From the human T2T-CHM13v2.0 reference genome, Homo sapiens, in NCBI RefSeq assembly GCF_009914755.1, contig NC_060931.1: DNA of 64,000 bases; one strand, given 5' to 3'. Below are positions 59,471-64,000 of the stretch, piece after piece. Numbering within the stretch: the stretch's first letter is position 1; each line of letters starts with the position of its first letter. The notes under the pieces were generated by a model. It saw only the letters and a list, made by a program, of their open reading frames with translations, did no database searches and was not told where the DNA came from. The position numbers and the translations under genes were made by a program.

Positions 59471-59829
59471 ATATGACAAATAAATATTAACCATTTAATT
59501 TATATCAGTCACTACTCTAAGGATTGTTCTTTTATCTAATACATTTTATTCTAATAACTCTGTTAATTAGGAATTCATGTTCCCATCTAACAGATTAAGA
59601 CATTGAAGGACAAGAAGGTCAAATAAAGGGCTGAAAAAAATCTCGTAACTTCTAAGTGAACCAGGCAGTTTCCAAAACCTGCCTCTTAGCTATTATGCTA
59701 TAAATATTTGAGAAAAGTATTTACATTGACAAATAACTATGAAGTTTTTAGAACTTATGAAGATCATGATGAAGAAAAAACTATTTGTAACATTAATTAT
59801 CAAATTGTTTATTCCTTTCTGAAATCATT

Positions 59830-60890
59830 TATTCAATATCATTTATTTGCAGATAATAGGTACCAGGCATTGAGAAATTCAGAATGAATAAGAAAATGGA
59901 ATAAACAAAGGGTTATAAAAAAATCTAGGATGGGTTATTCATTTTAAAAGAGAATGGAGCTTAGGTAAAAAAAAGCAAAAATATACACAAGGCCTTGAAC
60001 ATTCTAACATAATGAGCAAGTCATACCCTGCCAGATCCATGAGAGTGGATGACAGGATGTGCTGGAAAGGAACATGGGAAGTACCTAAAATGAAAAGGAC
60101 CTGAAATGTAATTCTAAAGATTTCGTCTAAAAGAAATGGCAAGTTGGCAGATAATTTTTAAATTCAAGTGTAAATAATCTGATAAGTATTTTAGAAAGCT
60201 GACTGGATGGTATAAAGAGGGTGGATTAGAGAAGGAAAATATGGGTGGCAGGGAGATCTATGAGGGTTTTGTGATGGGTTGAATGGTGTCCTCCCAGGAG
60301 ATATGTTGAAGCCCTATTTTTGGTACCTGTGAATATGACTTCATTTGGAAATAGGATCTTTGCAGATGAAATCTAGTTAAGATGGGTTCATTAAGGTGGG
60401 CCCTAATTCAATATGACTGTTTTCCTTATAAAAAAAGGAAAAGACGGAGAAACAGGGAGAAGAATGCCACATAACAATGAAGGTAGAGAATGGGGTTACA
60501 CAGCTACAGACCAGAGAACATGAAGGACTGTCACCAACACCACTGCTAAGAGAAGGGCACAGAACAGATTCTCCCGCAGAGCCTTTAGAGGAAGCAAGAC
60601 CCTGTCAACAGCTTTTCTGAGTTCTAGCCTTCAGAACTGTGAGAGAATAAATTTCAGCTTATGGTACTTTTTATATGACAGCCCAAGGAAACTAACACAA
60701 GTATTGGTGGAACACTTCTTCAACAAATAGCACTTGAATTAAGGCAGCGGCACTAAAAATGGAGAGGAGGAGGTATGTGGTAGACCAGGGATATATTTGC
60801 TAAAGGACAAACGAAGTAATGAGACTTAGAAACAGAATGATGGAGCCACAAAGAATGCCTGAAATGGTAATAGGATACATGCTTGAATGT
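59830..60890 (-). mobile_element. L2 fragments flanking the MLT1C LTR
   Basis: 'ggtaccaggcattgag...agaatgaataaga' and 'tattttagaaagctgactggatgg'. Confidence 0.6.
60270..60699 (+). mobile_element. MLT1C-like solo LTR
   Basis: 'tgtgatgggttgaatggtgtcc...tttggaaataggatctttgcagatg...cagaactgtgagagaataaattt...ggaaactaacaca'. Confidence 0.92.
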
Positions 60891-62174
60891 TGATGGGCCC
60901 CATTTCCACAAGCCTCCAAATCTGCTTCTAGATCCCATTCGAGCAAGGGAGGATTTGTTAAGAAGAAAGGCCTTTTGAGAGCACCAGTCCCTCCACCAGC
61001 CAGTCTAGTCCTAAGAGCTCTGAAGGCCAACCTTGGAAGTGGTTTAGGAGGGAAAATGTAGGACCCAGGATTTCAGTTGCCAAGCCGGAGAGCAGGGGAC
61101 CCAGGAAAGAATATTGGCATTCACTTGATTTTTCCATCTTCTGATATAACCTTCAAATGTTAATAGTGTGTCGAAGAATTTATTGGAAGTGAGAAACAAG
61201 AAAACAGTGAGTCTAACCTAGTCATTCTAGAATTGGGAGGTAATAGAAAAGAGAGAAATGGGAAAGTTGCTCAAATGCAAGTCCAGTGAATCAGAGAGAA
61301 AAGGCTCAAAGCAGCAGAACAAAGCTTCAATAAAGAGATATTGTGACTTGGAGAGATGGCCTTTTGTCCTTTGTTCTATTACCGGTCAGAGAATGGGGAG
61401 CACACCCAAGCCTGAGACAACAGCTCTGCTAAGTGCCCTTGAGAGGGCACGGTGGGGTCAGCACCAAAGCCAGACCACTAAAGAGAAAAAGAGAGAAAGA
61501 CAGGATTGCAGAGGAGAAATGAGAATGGCAGAAAAAATAATTTTTTAAGCCAAAAGGAATCAGAGAAGAGCAGAAGTGCCTCTAGGATAAAGCGTAGCAG
61601 GCAGTTAGGGAAAAAGGGCTGTTAATTACCTTGAAGCTCTGACTACATTAGAAAGCCTCGCAAGACAGTCGTTGCTTGCACGGGCAGGTAGAGAACTTTT
61701 CCTGTCCATTGTTCTTCTGAATTATAAATCACTGACCTCTTTATGATTTCTAAAGGGAAAATGACTTCAAGCTTCTTAGAGGTCCCCTAAGGCATTCTCT
61801 ATATTCAATATAATATGGGAAGCCCTGGGTTTGTCTTTGTATGTTTCATCTGCAGTGACCTGAAATCTTCATAACCCTCTTCCTTTCTCCACTTATCAAC
61901 TAAGGGGTGGTTGGCAATAAGGATGGGTGGGAGAGAAAAAAAAACAGAATTTGAGGAGGAGAGCATTTAAACCCTCAGACTGTGTGTTCTGTGACATCAA
62001 AGACTGGCAATATTCTAAAGGTAAATGTAACTATGCATCCCTTTGGGATTTTCAGATATCTTGTACAATCTATTTTATTCCTCTAAACATGGAGACTATA
62101 AAGCTGTGTGGAAATCAATAGTTTAATTCATTCATTCAACAATCAGGTGGTGAGTGCTCATCATAACAACCACA

Positions 62175-62410
62175 TCATAATAGCTAACATGTTGAATGAT
62201 TATCACACATCAACTACTATGCGAAGTGCTTTTCATGGTTTATGTCATTTAAGTATCACAAATAATACTATGAGATAGGTGCTCTTGTTATGTCCACTTG
62301 ACAGATGAAGAAACTGAGGCCCAAGTCCCAGTCCTAAGATGAGGCAGAGCTATGTTAGAATTCAGGTAATATTACTCAGGAGGCCATGTATTAAACCTCT
62401 TTATAACATA
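62175..62410 (-). mobile_element. MIR
   Basis: 'atagctaacatgttga...acagatgaagaaactgaggccca'. Confidence 0.85.
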
Positions 62411-63327
62411 TCCCTGTATCATATCTGCATTAGGCATAGAAGATTCAAGGGTTATAGGGTTTCAGAGAAGGGAAGGGCTGAAGGGAGTTAATTAGGACAG
62501 GCTTTAGGCAAAAGGTGATACATGATGTTAGCTTTGAAGAAGAGGCACATTTGAGTCAGCAGAGCGTGAAATCAAAGGCTCCCAGGTAAGGAATGGGAAA
62601 GCACGTGAGTGTAGCCCAAAGTCAACATAAGACAAAAGGCATTGTAGATAATGAGGGGACAATTTCGACCAGAATGGTGACCCTATGAGCAGTAAAATAA
62701 GTCCGAGAAGATTGAGTTAGCCATTGGAGAGAAGTGTCTGACATGTTGGTGTTGGAAAATAGAAAATCTTGGTGGTTTTCTTAGTCTAAGCAGTGTTGAA
62801 GGTAACAGCAGTGGTACACAGGATGAATTACACTAATAGAAAGCCTGGCACCCAAGGATTTCAGCTAGGGTTTGTAGAAAGATAGAATTATATGAGATGT
62901 GTTCTAAAGCAAAAGTGATAGGACTTGTTCTCTGTGACATATTGAAATAAAGTATATGAACTGATTATACCAACAATAACTAACTTTATTGAGCATATAC
63001 TGTGTCCTATAGTGGTTTACATGTAATCATAGATTAATTCTCATAATAGCATCACGATTTAGAATTAAAGGAAGGCCCGTTCTAATCCTAGGATTTCTTT
63101 CGTTATCTATTGAAGACAATGAAAACAGTAATTCTTTAAATAATGTTGTGTTATGGGGGTATTATGATACCATTGACAGGAGTGAAATAGTTTGGAAGTT
63201 TAGGAGCAGAAAAGGACAATTTTGACTGAAGGCAAGTAAACCAATCAGGGGCAGTGTAACTCATTAGGTCGTCATAATAATAACTATTGTTATTATTATT
63301 TATTTTGATTCGACTATGAATCAAGAT

Positions 63328-63380
63328 GTCCTGCAGATACCAAAATCAGTGGCTGCTCAAGTCCCTGATATAAAGTAGCC
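63328..63380. mobile_element. MER2 (Tigger) fragment
   Basis: 'gataccaaaatcagtggctgctcaagtccctgatataaa'. Confidence 0.7.
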
Positions 63381-63519
63381 TGCCTTGACTACCCTTCTTT
63401 TTATAATTATAATTATTATTACAGCTAATTACTGCATGCTTATTATGTACCAATGTTCTAAACATTTCACATGCCATAGCTCAGTTAAGATAGTAATAAT
63501 TATAGTGTTCACTATTACA

Positions 63520-63775
63520 ATAATAAGAGTTTATATTTACAGTGCTGATAGTGTTCCAGGCACTGATATGTTTTTAAATAGATTAACTCATTTAATCATC
63601 ACAAAACCCACATGAAGTAGATACTAATATTCTACCTTCACTTTACAGATGAGGACACTCTGGTCCAGAGAATTTAAGTAACTTAACCAAGATCACAAAA
63701 CTAATGATTGGCAGTGTCAGGATTGAGCCCAGATTCTCTGGCTGTAGATTCTATTCTCTTAACAACTGCTCTACA
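63520..63775 (-). mobile_element. MIR, near full length
   Basis: 'taactcatttaatcatcacaaaaccc...ttacagatgaggacact...aagtaacttaaccaagatcaca'. Confidence 0.9.
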
Positions 63776-63779
63776 AAAT

Positions 63780-63955
63780 CATGAGCTTTGGGGTCAGGCA
63801 GGTCTGGGTTGCAATCCCAACCTTGTTAACTTACTACTAGTGAGAACTTCGGTATGCTCCTTTTTTGTGTCTAAGTCTCAGTTTTCCCATAAGCAAATTT
63901 CAAGATAAGATAACAATAGTACTTTTCATGCAATAATTCCTATGAGATTAAGCTC
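63780..63955 (+). mobile_element. MIR
   Basis: 'gagctttggggtcaggcaggtctgggttgcaatccca...gtctcagttttccca'. Confidence 0.85.
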
Positions 63956-64000
63956 TCCTACCCTTCTCTGTGCTTATTACATTGCTTCAAAACAGGAAGT

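Noticed and set aside
60890-61110. GC-richer segment with a protein-like reading (GPHFHKPPNLLLDPIRAREDLLRRKAF)
   Set aside because: Short, with no splice signals or recognisable homologue.

Overview
AT-rich, CpG-poor anthropoid-primate genomic DNA, most likely human intergenic or deep-intronic sequence. The evidence is AluS/AluY, L1PA and THE1 elements. I recognise no protein-coding exon, tRNA/rRNA gene, CpG island or prokaryotic-type system. The supplied ORFs are chance ORFs or translations of Alu, L1 and simple repeats. A large part of the window is interspersed repeat: L1MC1 (1-3.45 kb), a CR1/L3 relic still carrying ORF1 and endonuclease motifs, a long antisense old L1 (47.9-52.4 kb) inserted into a MIR, MaLR/ERVL LTRs, six Alus and many MIR/L2 fragments. 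Subfamily names come from recalled consensus features and need RepeatMasker/Dfam confirmation. The unique stretches carry candidate signals: two acceptor-donor (recursive-splice-like) motifs, a candidate non-coding exon with a possible 3-nt microexon, a nested-palindrome element, a paired TCF/LEF module, a CTCF motif and a CCAAT-TATA arrangement. There are also two small rearrangement scars. I found no convincing new biological system; the findings are testable hypotheses.
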